Shown: piece by piece, positions 47,779 through 57,530 of the stretch
Numbering within the stretch: the first letter of the stretch is position 1
Layout: each line of letters starts with the position of its first letter
From: an uncultured Pseudomonadota bacterium
Lineage (GTDB): Bacteria; Bdellovibrionota_C; UBA2361; CALMIO01
Direction of reading: 5' to 3'
Assembly: GCA_937864035.1 (NCBI GenBank)
Contig: CALMIO010000002.1
Coordinates: 162,390 to 226,389, forward strand
Length of the DNA: 64,000 nucleotides
Program-made: the position numbers and the translations under genes
Notes under the pieces: model-generated
What the model was told of the DNA's origin: nothing
Databases searched by the model: none
The model's input: only the letters and a program-made list of their open reading frames with translations

Positions 47779-49335
47779 ATGAGCGTAAAATCAAATTCCC
47801 TGCAAGTAGTTCCGTCTTATGGTAATTTATTAGAAGAATCCCTGCGCGTTCTCACCCCAAAAGAGATCGCCAGTATTTCAACTGCCAGCGCCAGAGAGTG
47901 TCTTCATTTTGCAAACGCCGAACGTTACGGGATCTTGCCAATCAAAATTGAACATAGACCGCCTTCAGAGTACCTACTTTGCGCCGCCGGTTGCCGAGCC
48001 AAAGATCCAGAGCTAAATCAAGCCTTAAATTTTATTACCGGTCGCGACGTTCTCCTCGTGCAAGTTAACGACAAATTACTCGCCGAAGCCATACCAATAG
48101 CATATCACGGTGATGGCGCACGTCTTGAAAAAGAGATCTCTCTGCTAAAAAAAGAAGAAAATAAAATAAAATATACAAAAGAAAATTTTAATTTAGGCGA
48201 TGGAGGTAAAATCGGAAAATTTATCAATGAGCTTTTTAACTTTGCCTTAGCCAATAATTTTTCCGATCTTCATTTAACCCCCAAAAGAAACAGTTGCGTC
48301 CTTTCCGCCAGAAAAAACGGCGAGATGATGAACTACTATCAAGATCTCTGTTCAAGCGAAGTTTTAAAGCAAATTATTAGGCGAATTAAGGTGTTGGCCG
48401 CGCTCGACATCACTTGCGACAAATTGCCGCAAGATGGAGCTATTAAAATAAATTCTTCTCAAAAAGATCTTAGCGCCAGAGTTAGCTTAATGCCAACTAT
48501 TTGGGGAGAAAAACTGGTTGTCAGACTTCATTCCGGAATCGAGATCTCTTCTTTTGAAGATTTAGGTTTTCCAGAAATGATTAAAAATCAGATCGACAAA
48601 GCATTCTCAAAAACTCAAGGGTTAATCATTGTTTCCGGTCCAACTTGCAGTGGTAAATCAACCACCTTATATAGCATGCTTTCAAAACTAAGCCGCAAAG
48701 CTTTATCAATTCTTACAATTGAAGATCCGGTTGAAATAACCTTAGAAGGAATTGGACAAATTAACATCAACGAGAAAAACGGCTTAACTTTCGGGCGCGC
48801 CATCAAAAGTTCGCTAAGACAAAATCCGAATATATTAATGATTGGCGAAATACGCGACAACGAGAGCGCTAAAGCCGTTTTTGAAGCGGCTAGTACCGGG
48901 CATTTGGTGTTAAGTTCTCTTCATTGCGGTTCAGTTAGGGAAGTTTTTTTTCGTTTTAAAACTCTTGGTATTACTCTAGATGATTGTTTAAACGTGCTTT
49001 CGCTTATAATCAATCAACGGCTTGTATCTAAGTTATGCGCCACCTGTAAAGTAATAGATCTCCCATCAACTAAAAAAATGGGTTTTGAGGTTTTTCGCGG
49101 AGTCGGTTGTCAAAAGTGCGATTATAGTGGTTATTCTGGCAAAACAGTTGTTCTTGAATCTTTAAAAATAGGGGAAAAAGAGCGTGAAATATTATCGAAA
49201 GAGCAAAATTTAAACGGCTGGCAGAAACTAACAAGCCAAGAAAGCTCTTATTTTTCTCCCTTAATTATGTTAAAAAATCTTCTAAGGAACGGCGTTATAT
49301 CTGCCGAAAACTTAACTAATTATGTTGCCCCTTAG
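47779..49335 (+). CDS. GspE/PilB-family secretion/pilus assembly ATPase
   Basis: N-terminal T2SSE_N-like domain, Walker A GPTCSGKST, Asp box/Walker B (ILMIGEIRD), His box (TGHLVLSSLH) and tetracysteine CATC...CQKC. Confidence 0.9.
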   Translation: MSVKSNSLQVVPSYGNLLEESLRVLTPKEIASISTASARECLHFANAERYGILPIKIEHRPPSEYLLCAAGCRAKDPELNQALNFITGRDVLLVQVNDKLLAEAIPIAYHGDGARLEKEISLLKKEENKIKYTKENFNLGDGGKIGKFINELFNFALANNFSDLHLTPKRNSCVLSARKNGEMMNYYQDLCSSEVLKQIIRRIKVLAALDITCDKLPQDGAIKINSSQKDLSARVSLMPTIWGEKLVVRLHSGIEISSFEDLGFPEMIKNQIDKAFSKTQGLIIVSGPTCSGKSTTLYSMLSKLSRKALSILTIEDPVEITLEGIGQININEKNGLTFGRAIKSSLRQNPNILMIGEIRDNESAKAVFEAASTGHLVLSSLHCGSVREVFFRFKTLGITLDDCLNVLSLIINQRLVSKLCATCKVIDLPSTKKMGFEVFRGVGCQKCDYSGYSGKTVVLESLKIGEKEREILSKEQNLNGWQKLTSQESSYFSPLIMLKNLLRNGVISAENLTNYVAP

Positions 49336-49792
49336 ACCAAACGTTTGTCTGATTATTCTTAACTCTGAAAATAAAATCTTTTTGGGTGAGCGCGCCCTGC
49401 AACCGGATGTTTGGCAACTACCACAAGGTGGGATTGAGCAAGATTGCAGTTTGGAAGAAAACGCCCTGCGAGAAGCAAGCGAAGAACTTGGAGCGCCCAA
49501 AGCGTTGTTTAAAATAATTACAAAACTTAACGCCACCAATCAATACGAATTTGATATTGTCCCTAAATTTTTAAAGGGGAAATTTAGAGGTCAAGATCAA
49601 TCTTTTTGTGTACTACGCTTTTTAGGAGATGATCAAAATATAAATTTAAATCTTCATCATCCGGAATTTAAAAGATTTAAATGGTGCTCCTTAAAAGAAG
49701 TGCTGGAATTAGCAGAACCAAAGAGGGTCAAGGGCTACGAAAAAGCTCTCAAAGAGTTGCTATCTCTTAGTAGTATTAGCATCGCCGTATAA
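49322..49792 (+). CDS. Nudix hydrolase (RppH-like)
   Basis: Nudix box GGIEQDCSLEENALREASEELG. 14-nt overlap with the upstream ATPase gene. Confidence 0.75.
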   Translation: MLPLRPNVCLIILNSENKIFLGERALQPDVWQLPQGGIEQDCSLEENALREASEELGAPKALFKIITKLNATNQYEFDIVPKFLKGKFRGQDQSFCVLRFLGDDQNINLNLHHPEFKRFKWCSLKEVLELAEPKRVKGYEKALKELLSLSSISIAV

Positions 49793-49828
49793 AAACTGAT
49801 CGCTCTCTTAAAACAGCATAAAGATAAT

Positions 49829-51328
49829 TTACGCTAAAAATTTATTTTGTATGTAGCCAACAAAAGCGTCAGAAGAAACGGGCATTCCGCCGCTGGCGCG
49901 TTCTATCAGCTCCATCGGTTGATAGCGCGAAGCAAACCTGTGAATGTTTTGTTTTAGCCAATCAAATATCGGAGCGAATTTCCCCTTTTCAACGAGCTCG
50001 GAGCATCCAATCAGATCGGCTTTGAGTTTCTCGGTAAAATGAGCTCCGTAAATATTTCCCAAAGCGTAACTTGGGAAATAGCCTATCGCTCCATGATACC
50101 AATGAGTGTCTTGCATAATGCCATCAGCGTAATTCGGAGGAGTTAAACCAAGATAACGGTGATAAAGATCATTCCAAGCTTCGGGCGCATCAGCGACCGC
50201 CAAAGAACCTTCAAGCAACTTCTCCTCAAGGAGCATTCTAATAACAATGTGCAAAGAATAAGTAACTTCATCAGCTTCAACTCTAATTAAACTCGGGGAA
50301 ACAGTATTCGCATCATCCCACAATTTTTCAGCCGTGAAACTTTCAACATCAGTCAGCTTAAGATCTTTAATTATTCTCTCCAAATAACGACAAAAATGAA
50401 GGCTTCGTCCTATAATGTTCTCCCAAAAACGAGATTGAGATTCATGAAGAGCACAAGAATTGGTGTTGGCTAGCGGGACGCTTTCATGCCAATCACCGCT
50501 TTTTAAACCGATCTCGTAAAGAGCGTGTCCTCCCTCGTGTAAAGCTCCATAAATAGAAGCGATATACTGATCTTGAAAACGGTAAGTTATTCTTTGATCG
50601 TCTTTGCCAATACTCGTAGAAAAAGGATGGGCTGACAGGTCTAAGCGTCCCTTACTAAAATCAAAACCAATATCATTTAAAATTTTTCGACAAAGTTTTG
50701 CCTGATCTTCTTGCGACATTTTAAGAGTTACGGAGCTTGTCGCCTTACTTTTTTGTTTCTCCAAAATAGCTGGCATTAAAGCACGCAGACGTTCCGCTAA
50801 ATCCAATAAAATTGTCTTTGTTTGACTAATCTTTGCTCCGGGTTCGTAATCATCCAGCAAAGCGTCATACGGATGCTCGGAATAGCCAAGCAGTTCGGCC
50901 CGTTCTCTGGCGAATTTAAAAATTTCCGTCAGTAAGGATTCAACGGAACGCCAATCGTTATTTTTACGAGCACCTTGCCAAACGATGTTTGATTTAGCGT
51001 GCAGGGCGCTACAATGAGCTACAAAATCTTCCGGGAGCTTGCGCGTTTTATCGATATCCCTTTTAACTTCGCGCACATTAACAGAGTCATCTTCTGTCAA
51101 TTCCTCTTTAATCTCCCATAAAGCATCAACTATCTCCAAAAATTTTGGATCGGTTCTCTTCTTATGATACAACCGGCTTACATATTCAATTTGTGCAACC
51201 CTGCCGGCACCCGAACCCCGCGGCATGATTGTTTCCTGATCCCACCCTAAAAGCGAACTAATGTTTGAAATCAGGCTCTGCTCTTTCAAAAAATCATAGA
51301 ACTCTGCTAACAGTTTTGTTTTATCCAT
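49829..51328 (-). CDS. M32 carboxypeptidase (Taq-type)
   Basis: HEGGHALYE (HExxH), HESQSRFWEN and IRVEADEVTY motifs. Confidence 0.85.
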   Translation of the reverse strand: MDKTKLLAEFYDFLKEQSLISNISSLLGWDQETIMPRGSGAGRVAQIEYVSRLYHKKRTDPKFLEIVDALWEIKEELTEDDSVNVREVKRDIDKTRKLPEDFVAHCSALHAKSNIVWQGARKNNDWRSVESLLTEIFKFARERAELLGYSEHPYDALLDDYEPGAKISQTKTILLDLAERLRALMPAILEKQKSKATSSVTLKMSQEDQAKLCRKILNDIGFDFSKGRLDLSAHPFSTSIGKDDQRITYRFQDQYIASIYGALHEGGHALYEIGLKSGDWHESVPLANTNSCALHESQSRFWENIIGRSLHFCRYLERIIKDLKLTDVESFTAEKLWDDANTVSPSLIRVEADEVTYSLHIVIRMLLEEKLLEGSLAVADAPEAWNDLYHRYLGLTPPNYADGIMQDTHWYHGAIGYFPSYALGNIYGAHFTEKLKADLIGCSELVEKGKFAPIFDWLKQNIHRFASRYQPMELIERASGGMPVSSDAFVGYIQNKFLA

Positions 51329-51443
51329 AAAATTTTAGAATTAAATCTAAGCGCTTTATTTAAGATTACTAGATTCTCTTAAATCGATAAACACCACAAT
51401 AATCTTTAAAATTTAATCTACTTATGACGATACATCTTTTATT

Positions 51444-52004
51444 ATGAGGATTTTTCCCTTAACCATATTGTTACTTCTTTTTAATTTTATATTTTTAGCT
51501 GAACAATCATCAGCTCAACCGATACGAATTAACAAAATAGATATTTTCGACCTTTCAGAAGTTAGTGGTTATGACGTTGATCTCTCCCAAAATGTTTGCG
51601 ACCCTACTTCAAATCCTCCTCTGCTGGAGAAATTTTCGCAAACCATTATTGGGCTAACGGTGGTAAACCCCCTTAGAACAGCTGTTCGTTTTAATTCGGT
51701 TCGTTTTGAATTACCTCGCTCTCTTTCCTCTAACAAAAAACTAAAAAGCATCAGATTTTACCCTCTTGGTAATTTTGAAGTGCCAGCTCTTTCTAAAGAA
51801 ATTATTAAGAGCCATTTTTTGCGAATAATTGGCGACAAAAAATACTTTACAAATCACAAAAGAGAAGAACTTCAGCCAGCCGACGGTTATCAAACTGTTA
51901 AAATAATATTACAAGGCAGATCTACTCGTGGCCAAAAAATAAATTTACAAACAAAGCTGACTGTGAATTTCGCGGAAATCAATCGGTGTGATAACGCAGG
52001 ATAG
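51444..52004 (+). CDS. Secreted hypothetical protein
   Basis: Signal peptide (FIFLAEQSSA|QP). No recognised motif. Confidence 0.45.
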   Translation: MRIFPLTILLLLFNFIFLAEQSSAQPIRINKIDIFDLSEVSGYDVDLSQNVCDPTSNPPLLEKFSQTIIGLTVVNPLRTAVRFNSVRFELPRSLSSNKKLKSIRFYPLGNFEVPALSKEIIKSHFLRIIGDKKYFTNHKREELQPADGYQTVKIILQGRSTRGQKINLQTKLTVNFAEINRCDNAG

Positions 52005-53421
52005 GGTGTTTTATGGCTCTATAAATAACGATTCCGCCTCGATAGTGCGGAGTGTATAAATCTTCAAAAATATAGTTATCAATAAACCATTTATTTGCGG
52101 TTGCTTGCCGCGCCCCGATAAGTTGGCGAGGAATAATAATCCAATCAGGTTTGCGCGCCATAAGATAAATTAAAAATGGTTCGGAGCTCAAAGAGTTTTT
52201 AAATTGGCGGCGAAATTCCAATATCTCTTTTGAAGTGCGCCCACTCCAGTCAAGAAACTTGGCTTGTTGTAAATAAAAAGCAATTCTACCTTCGCTCTCG
52301 ACAAGTGCCGATTCTCCAGAGCCGATCTTTTCAAGGTAATTGTCGGCGATCAAAAGATAAACGTCTTGCGATTGGATCAAGTTTTGATTTTTGATAAAAA
52401 ATTGAAAATTTACAAACAAACAAAAAGAAAAAAATAAAACAATCGCTAATTTCCTAACTTTAACAACATATCGAAGATTGTAAATTTTTGTTATCAAGCT
52501 TTCCGAACCTAAACATAAAACAGTTAAAGACGTCGGCATTAAATTGAATTTTAAATCAAACGGGCAAGAAAAAAATAAAAAACCTAGCAAGTTAAATGAT
52601 AACCAACTGTAAATTAAAGGCGTTGTTGCTTTTAAATTTCCCAAAAGAAGCGAAATCAAAAAAACAACATAAGGCAAAATTATGGCGCCATTGTTCTCGA
52701 GGCTGACCGTGATTAAGTTAAATTTTTCAATCAGTTGAGGTTGAGCGTTAAAAATAGCCGCTTGAATATAGTTTGGGATTAAAGATTCAAACAAAAAATA
52801 ATTTAAAGCCAATAATCCGCAAATAAAAAAAATCGGATAAAGCAAGGCTTTTTTCGGCGATCTTTTAAATTCGGCTATAGCTATAAAAAGCAATAAAATT
52901 ACCCCTTCGCTTTTGATAAAGGCTGCTAAGCCAGCTAAAAAAAATGAAAAATTAGAACGTCCCGAATCAAAAAACAAGATCGCCGATAAAGCAAGTAAAC
53001 TATAAAGAACAATCTCACTTCCTGAAAAAAGATCGCAAAATATAAAAAAATCAAAAAAAATAAGAGGTAAAATGAAAAGTATTGTTAGTAGCGAAAAATT
53101 TCTCTTAAGAAAAAAGAACCAAATAAAAACCCCGAACAAGATCAAGTTTATCTTGTTAATTGTTGTTTCGGGGTGTAATTTGAGCTCATAAAGAATGGAG
53201 CAAAACAACGTCCAAACGAGAGAGCTGAATCCATGGGAGGGGCTATCGCCCAAATTATAAACTATACCTCCGCCAGCAGCGATATTGCGCGCGTATCTAA
53301 AAGCAATATAACTTTCTTCACTAAGCGGAGTTCTGAGATTATAAACAATCAAAGAGAGAAGCAGAATCAATAGAAAAGAAATAAATTGTTTGGCGGTTTC
53401 CGAAGATGTTCGTTTAACCAT
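51979..53421 (-). CDS. Polytopic membrane protein, GT-C-like
   Basis: EESYIAFRYARNIAAGGGIVYNLGDSPSHGFSSLVW after TM1 resembles the DDAxISFRYA loop motif seen in some GT-C-like membrane proteins (recalled from memory, not verified). At least 10 TM helices. Confidence 0.5.
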   Translation of the reverse strand: MVKRTSSETAKQFISFLLILLLSLIVYNLRTPLSEESYIAFRYARNIAAGGGIVYNLGDSPSHGFSSLVWTLFCSILYELKLHPETTINKINLILFGVFIWFFFLKRNFSLLTILFILPLIFFDFFIFCDLFSGSEIVLYSLLALSAILFFDSGRSNFSFFLAGLAAFIKSEGVILLLFIAIAEFKRSPKKALLYPIFFICGLLALNYFLFESLIPNYIQAAIFNAQPQLIEKFNLITVSLENNGAIILPYVVFLISLLLGNLKATTPLIYSWLSFNLLGFLFFSCPFDLKFNLMPTSLTVLCLGSESLITKIYNLRYVVKVRKLAIVLFFSFCLFVNFQFFIKNQNLIQSQDVYLLIADNYLEKIGSGESALVESEGRIAFYLQQAKFLDWSGRTSKEILEFRRQFKNSLSSEPFLIYLMARKPDWIIIPRQLIGARQATANKWFIDNYIFEDLYTPHYRGGIVIYRAIKHPILRYHTD

Positions 53422-53542
53422 AATTATTCAACTTGAAGTTTTTATCCTGCATTATTTTGCCAAAGCTAGAAGTTGTTTAGTTCGCAGGCAAAGTATAAAG
53501 TATAATCTGCAGGCTAATAAAGCGATCAAAACTCAAATATTA

Positions 53543-54709
53543 ATGAAAAATCTTGCAATTTACGTGCATATACCTTTTTGTTTGGCGCGGTGTCCTTACT
53601 GCGATTTTAATGTTTATGTTGAAAAAGAGATTCCCGAAGACGCTTACGCCAAATCGGTTATAGAAGAGGTTCGGCTAACCGCCGAAAAATATCAAAATTT
53701 TAATCAAAAAGTAAGGTCTATTTATTTTGGGGGAGGCACTCCCTCGCTGTTTTCACCAACAAGTCTTGGTAAAATTTGCGAATCGATTAAACAACTTTTC
53801 CCATGCGAAACGGATATTGAAATTACACTCGAAGCAAATCCAAATCATAAATTAACAAAGCTATATTCAAAATGGCTTGAGATCGGGATCAATAGAATTA
53901 GTTTTGGCTCTCAGTCTCTAAATGACAAAACTTTGCGCTTACTAGGAAGAAATCACTCTGCCAGAAATACCATGACGGCATTGAAAGATGCCCGCCAAGC
54001 CGGCTTTCACAACATCAATCTAGATCTAATTTTTGCGGCGCCTGAGCAAAGTATAGGCGAGCTCGAATCTGATATTGCTGGATTTGTCGAACTAGCCCCA
54101 GATCACATATCCGCCTATCAACTGACAATCGAAAAAGGAACTCCATTTTTTACCGATTATTCCTTAGGAAAATTAAAACTGCCTAACGATGAAATCTCAG
54201 CAGAGATGTTTGAGCTTATAATAAACAAACTGGAAAGATCCGGCTATGAGCACTACGAGATTAGCAACTTTGCGAAAGCCAATCTCTATTCACGGCACAA
54301 TTTAGGCTATTGGAACGGAGATAATTATCTTGGATTTGGAGCGGGAGCTCATTCTTTTTACAAAGATCCCATCTCTTTAAAAGCTTGTCGCTGGTCTAAC
54401 CTTGCCAAACCAAAAGAATACATAAATTGCTTGTCAAACGTCAGTTCTTTAAATTTTCCCAGAGCGTGGCAGGAAGAGTTAAGCCAAGAGTCTTTAGTTT
54501 TTGAATTCTTTTTTTTAGGACTCCGTAAAATATCAGGTGTGAGCCTTAAAAATTTTCAAGAGCTCTTTGGAGAAGATTTAAAGAAAATTTATCTTAAAAA
54601 GATCGACCCTTTGATTTCTAAGAATTTAATAAATCAAGAAGGAGATCGAATTTATTTATCAAAACGTGGAATTATGCTAGCTGATTCGGTATTTGAGTAT
54701 TTATTATAA
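53543..54709 (+). CDS. hemW: Radical SAM heme chaperone HemW / HemN-like
   Basis: Start taken at MKNLAIYVHIPFCLARCPYCDFN (CxxxCxxC). GGGTPS motif. The upstream part of the track ORF overlaps the divergent gene. Confidence 0.85.
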   Translation: MKNLAIYVHIPFCLARCPYCDFNVYVEKEIPEDAYAKSVIEEVRLTAEKYQNFNQKVRSIYFGGGTPSLFSPTSLGKICESIKQLFPCETDIEITLEANPNHKLTKLYSKWLEIGINRISFGSQSLNDKTLRLLGRNHSARNTMTALKDARQAGFHNINLDLIFAAPEQSIGELESDIAGFVELAPDHISAYQLTIEKGTPFFTDYSLGKLKLPNDEISAEMFELIINKLERSGYEHYEISNFAKANLYSRHNLGYWNGDNYLGFGAGAHSFYKDPISLKACRWSNLAKPKEYINCLSNVSSLNFPRAWQEELSQESLVFEFFFLGLRKISGVSLKNFQELFGEDLKKIYLKKIDPLISKNLINQEGDRIYLSKRGIMLADSVFEYLL

Positions 54710-54784
54710 ATTTTTAAAAATAAAGAGAGCTTTACTGGTTCAACTCGGATATCATAAAAGAGAGAGCCTTTATAGACTTTAACC

Positions 54785-55879
54785 ATGATTGAACATCTTC
54801 TTTGCAGTCGTTGTAATTATCAACTAAAAGATAATGATAATTTTTGCGCTCGTTGCGGATTAGCTCGTTGCCACCAACAATCTTTTAAAATAAATTTTAA
54901 AATTTGGATCGGCGTTTCCCTGTTATCAGCTCTGTTTATTACCGCAATATATAAAACTATAGCTGGCACAAAACCCCAAAAACATTTTACTGAATTTTCA
55001 GCAACTTCGACGTCCGAGGAAGGCGTCGTTGATGATCTAGAATATAAAAAACTTATAGAGCTTGCTGTTAAAGAAAAAGACAATTTAATAGCATGGCGTA
55101 ACGCGGCAGAATATTTGATTGCTAAAATCAATAAGAACAACCAAACAACAGATCAATCCGTGCTAGTTGAGCTGATCGAAATTTTGCGAGAAATTTTAAG
55201 ATTAGATCCAAATGATCCTGACAGTCTCTTGGCAATGGCTGAAATCTCATTTGAAACTCAGATATTTAGCAAGGCAAAGGAATATTATCAAAAGTATTTG
55301 GCAATAGAGCCAAATAATTCAGATATTAAAGCTCGCTACGCCGCCAGTCTTGGGTTTTTGGGGGAATTCGAGAGAGCAATATCAACTTTACGAGAGCTCT
55401 GTGAACAAGCTCCCAATAACTTTAACGCGAGAGCCTTCTTGGTGGTTGCACTCGCGCAAAAAGGAGATCGAGAGCAAGCCTTAGCAGAGGCTCAAAAAGC
55501 TTTAGAGCTGGCGCCTAACGATGAGACTCGTCTCAAATTCTCTGAATTTGTGGAAAAAATTAGAAATAAAAAGGAGGTTGGAGGTACTTTGAGCGAATCA
55601 AAAGAAACTAAGAGCTCAGAAGAATCTTCAAAGGGAATTAAAAGTTATCAAGCGTGGATCGAGTCGCAACCTATTGCTGGAAATAAATTCCGCGGATTAA
55701 AAGAAGAGAGAGAGAAATTATATCTTTTGTTTGAAAATTTTCCTATTGAATTGATGCCAGCCGAAGTCAAAAAGAAATTTCTAAATAACTTAAAAGAACA
55801 GGCGGTCAAGGCTGAATTAAAGTTTGAGCAATATATTATTATCGATAACAATAGCGGTGAGAAACTTGCGGAATTTTAA
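54785..55879 (+). CDS. Zinc-ribbon / TM / TPR protein
   Basis: CSRC...CARC N-terminal zinc ribbon, one TM helix and TPR-like repeats in the middle. Confidence 0.55.
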   Translation: MIEHLLCSRCNYQLKDNDNFCARCGLARCHQQSFKINFKIWIGVSLLSALFITAIYKTIAGTKPQKHFTEFSATSTSEEGVVDDLEYKKLIELAVKEKDNLIAWRNAAEYLIAKINKNNQTTDQSVLVELIEILREILRLDPNDPDSLLAMAEISFETQIFSKAKEYYQKYLAIEPNNSDIKARYAASLGFLGEFERAISTLRELCEQAPNNFNARAFLVVALAQKGDREQALAEAQKALELAPNDETRLKFSEFVEKIRNKKEVGGTLSESKETKSSEESSKGIKSYQAWIESQPIAGNKFRGLKEEREKLYLLFENFPIELMPAEVKKKFLNNLKEQAVKAELKFEQYIIIDNNSGEKLAEF

Positions 55880-56035
55880 ACCACTTTAAAATTTATAATA
55901 ATTACGAATTTATTATAAATCTTTTGGTTTTTAAGATAAAACTATTGTTAATAACAATTAATTATCATAATTTTATCATAAAGTCAAGCTTTTTTAATTT
56001 TTTAACATTTAAACAACTAGGGGGTAGCAAGCATT

Positions 56036-57481
56036 ATGGAATCACCAGTAATTCTTAAAAGTTTTTTAGAAATTCCTTATGACGAGCTAGAAGAGAGAAA
56101 TCTCGAAGCCAAAGAAAAGCAACTTAGCAGGCGCTCAAGCCAAGAGTTGCAAGATCATTATCTTCGCTATCTACAAAATGAAAAAAGATTAAAAGCGGTT
56201 ACCGTCTGTTTCTCGGATCTAGAAGGCAGGTTTCACATGCTTGATTATGATAAAAAATTCTTACTAAAGTCGCACGACAATCTGACTTTCGACGGTTCTT
56301 CAATTCGTGGTTTTTCAGTTGTTAACGAATCAGATCTCCGCCTTGAGATTGACTGGCCTAGTTTTAGATGGCTACCTTCTGACGTATTTGGACCGGGAAA
56401 GGTAATTGTTTTTGGAGTTATAAAAGATCGGGATGGTAGTAGTTATGCGTCCGATATGCGAGCACAACTAAAAACTTTTGTCGAAGATTTACATAAATCA
56501 CAAGGATTAATCGCTCAAATTTCGGTCGAATGCGAGGGCTTTCTATTTCAGGGGATAAACGCCGAACAAAATTACGCTTCGCGCGATGGTTTTAAGCTTG
56601 TATCTAGCGGAGGTTATTACCACTCTTTACCAAAAGATCCACTAAAAGTTTTCATAGACAGCTTGGCTGAAGCTCAACGCGCGCTCGGTTTTCAAAACGA
56701 AAAAGATCATCCGGAAGTAGCGCCATCTCAATTTGAACTCAACTATGCTTATTGCGACGCTTTGGTCGCTGCCGATCAGGTGCAACTTTATAAACTGACT
56801 GCCCGCCAAATCGCCGCCAACATGGGACTTACAGCTTCTTTTCTGCCCAAGCCAATAGCTGGAATCAATGGGAGTGGAATGCATGCTAACATATCGCTCG
56901 CGAAAGATGGCAAAAATATCTTTTTTGACAAAACCGGTGAAGAAAAACTCTCTAAAGTTGGTTGGGACTTTGTTGATAGGATTTTAAACAGCGCAAATGA
57001 TTTATGCGTTTTTCTAAACTCCAGTGTCAACGCTTATCGCCGCCTCGATCCTCATTTTGAAGCGCCAAATCAGATTAAATCATCGCCGGTTGATCGAACT
57101 TCAATGATTAGAATACCTCTTGGCAATGAAAAATCGGCACGCATTGAAGTCCGCACCGTCGCTCCGGACGCTAATCCTTATCTTGCTTTTTATCTCCTAG
57201 TTAAAACAGGGCTTAACGGTCCGATGACCGAGCAAATCACCTCAGAAACAAGAAGAACTAGAACTCGTTTTTTGCCGGATAATATCTATGATGGGATTAA
57301 ATTCGCTAAAGGAAGTGAGTTTATAAAAGAAATTCTTGGAGAAGAAAACGTCGAGAAGTTTTGCGAACGCAAATCAGCCTCTGCTAATCGTTGCCCAAGA
57401 GAGCTTGGAACTCTAGTTAAAACCAGCGAGATTCTTTTTCACCATGAAGTAACAAATCAATATATTTGGTCAAGGTTTTAA
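56036..57481 (+). CDS. glnA: Glutamine synthetase (type I-like)
   Basis: FDGSSIRGF, GSGMHANISL, NAYRRL...FEAP and RIEVRTVAPDANPYL motifs. Confidence 0.85.
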   Translation: MESPVILKSFLEIPYDELEERNLEAKEKQLSRRSSQELQDHYLRYLQNEKRLKAVTVCFSDLEGRFHMLDYDKKFLLKSHDNLTFDGSSIRGFSVVNESDLRLEIDWPSFRWLPSDVFGPGKVIVFGVIKDRDGSSYASDMRAQLKTFVEDLHKSQGLIAQISVECEGFLFQGINAEQNYASRDGFKLVSSGGYYHSLPKDPLKVFIDSLAEAQRALGFQNEKDHPEVAPSQFELNYAYCDALVAADQVQLYKLTARQIAANMGLTASFLPKPIAGINGSGMHANISLAKDGKNIFFDKTGEEKLSKVGWDFVDRILNSANDLCVFLNSSVNAYRRLDPHFEAPNQIKSSPVDRTSMIRIPLGNEKSARIEVRTVAPDANPYLAFYLLVKTGLNGPMTEQITSETRRTRTRFLPDNIYDGIKFAKGSEFIKEILGEENVEKFCERKSASANRCPRELGTLVKTSEILFHHEVTNQYIWSRF

Positions 57482-57530
57482 AAACTTTTTGCTCGCGAAA
57501 CTACTACTAAACAAATCTCCTGTCGCCAAG

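Noticed and set aside
53390-53542. N-terminal 51 codons of the hemW track ORF.
   Set aside because: They overlap the divergent membrane-protein gene start. HemW/HemN proteins begin a few residues before the CxxxCxxC motif, which matches Met 53543.
55880-56035. Glutamine riboswitch (glnA RNA motif) upstream of glnA.
   Set aside because: No CGUUC...GGAAG...GAACG-type conserved segments. The region is almost pure AT.
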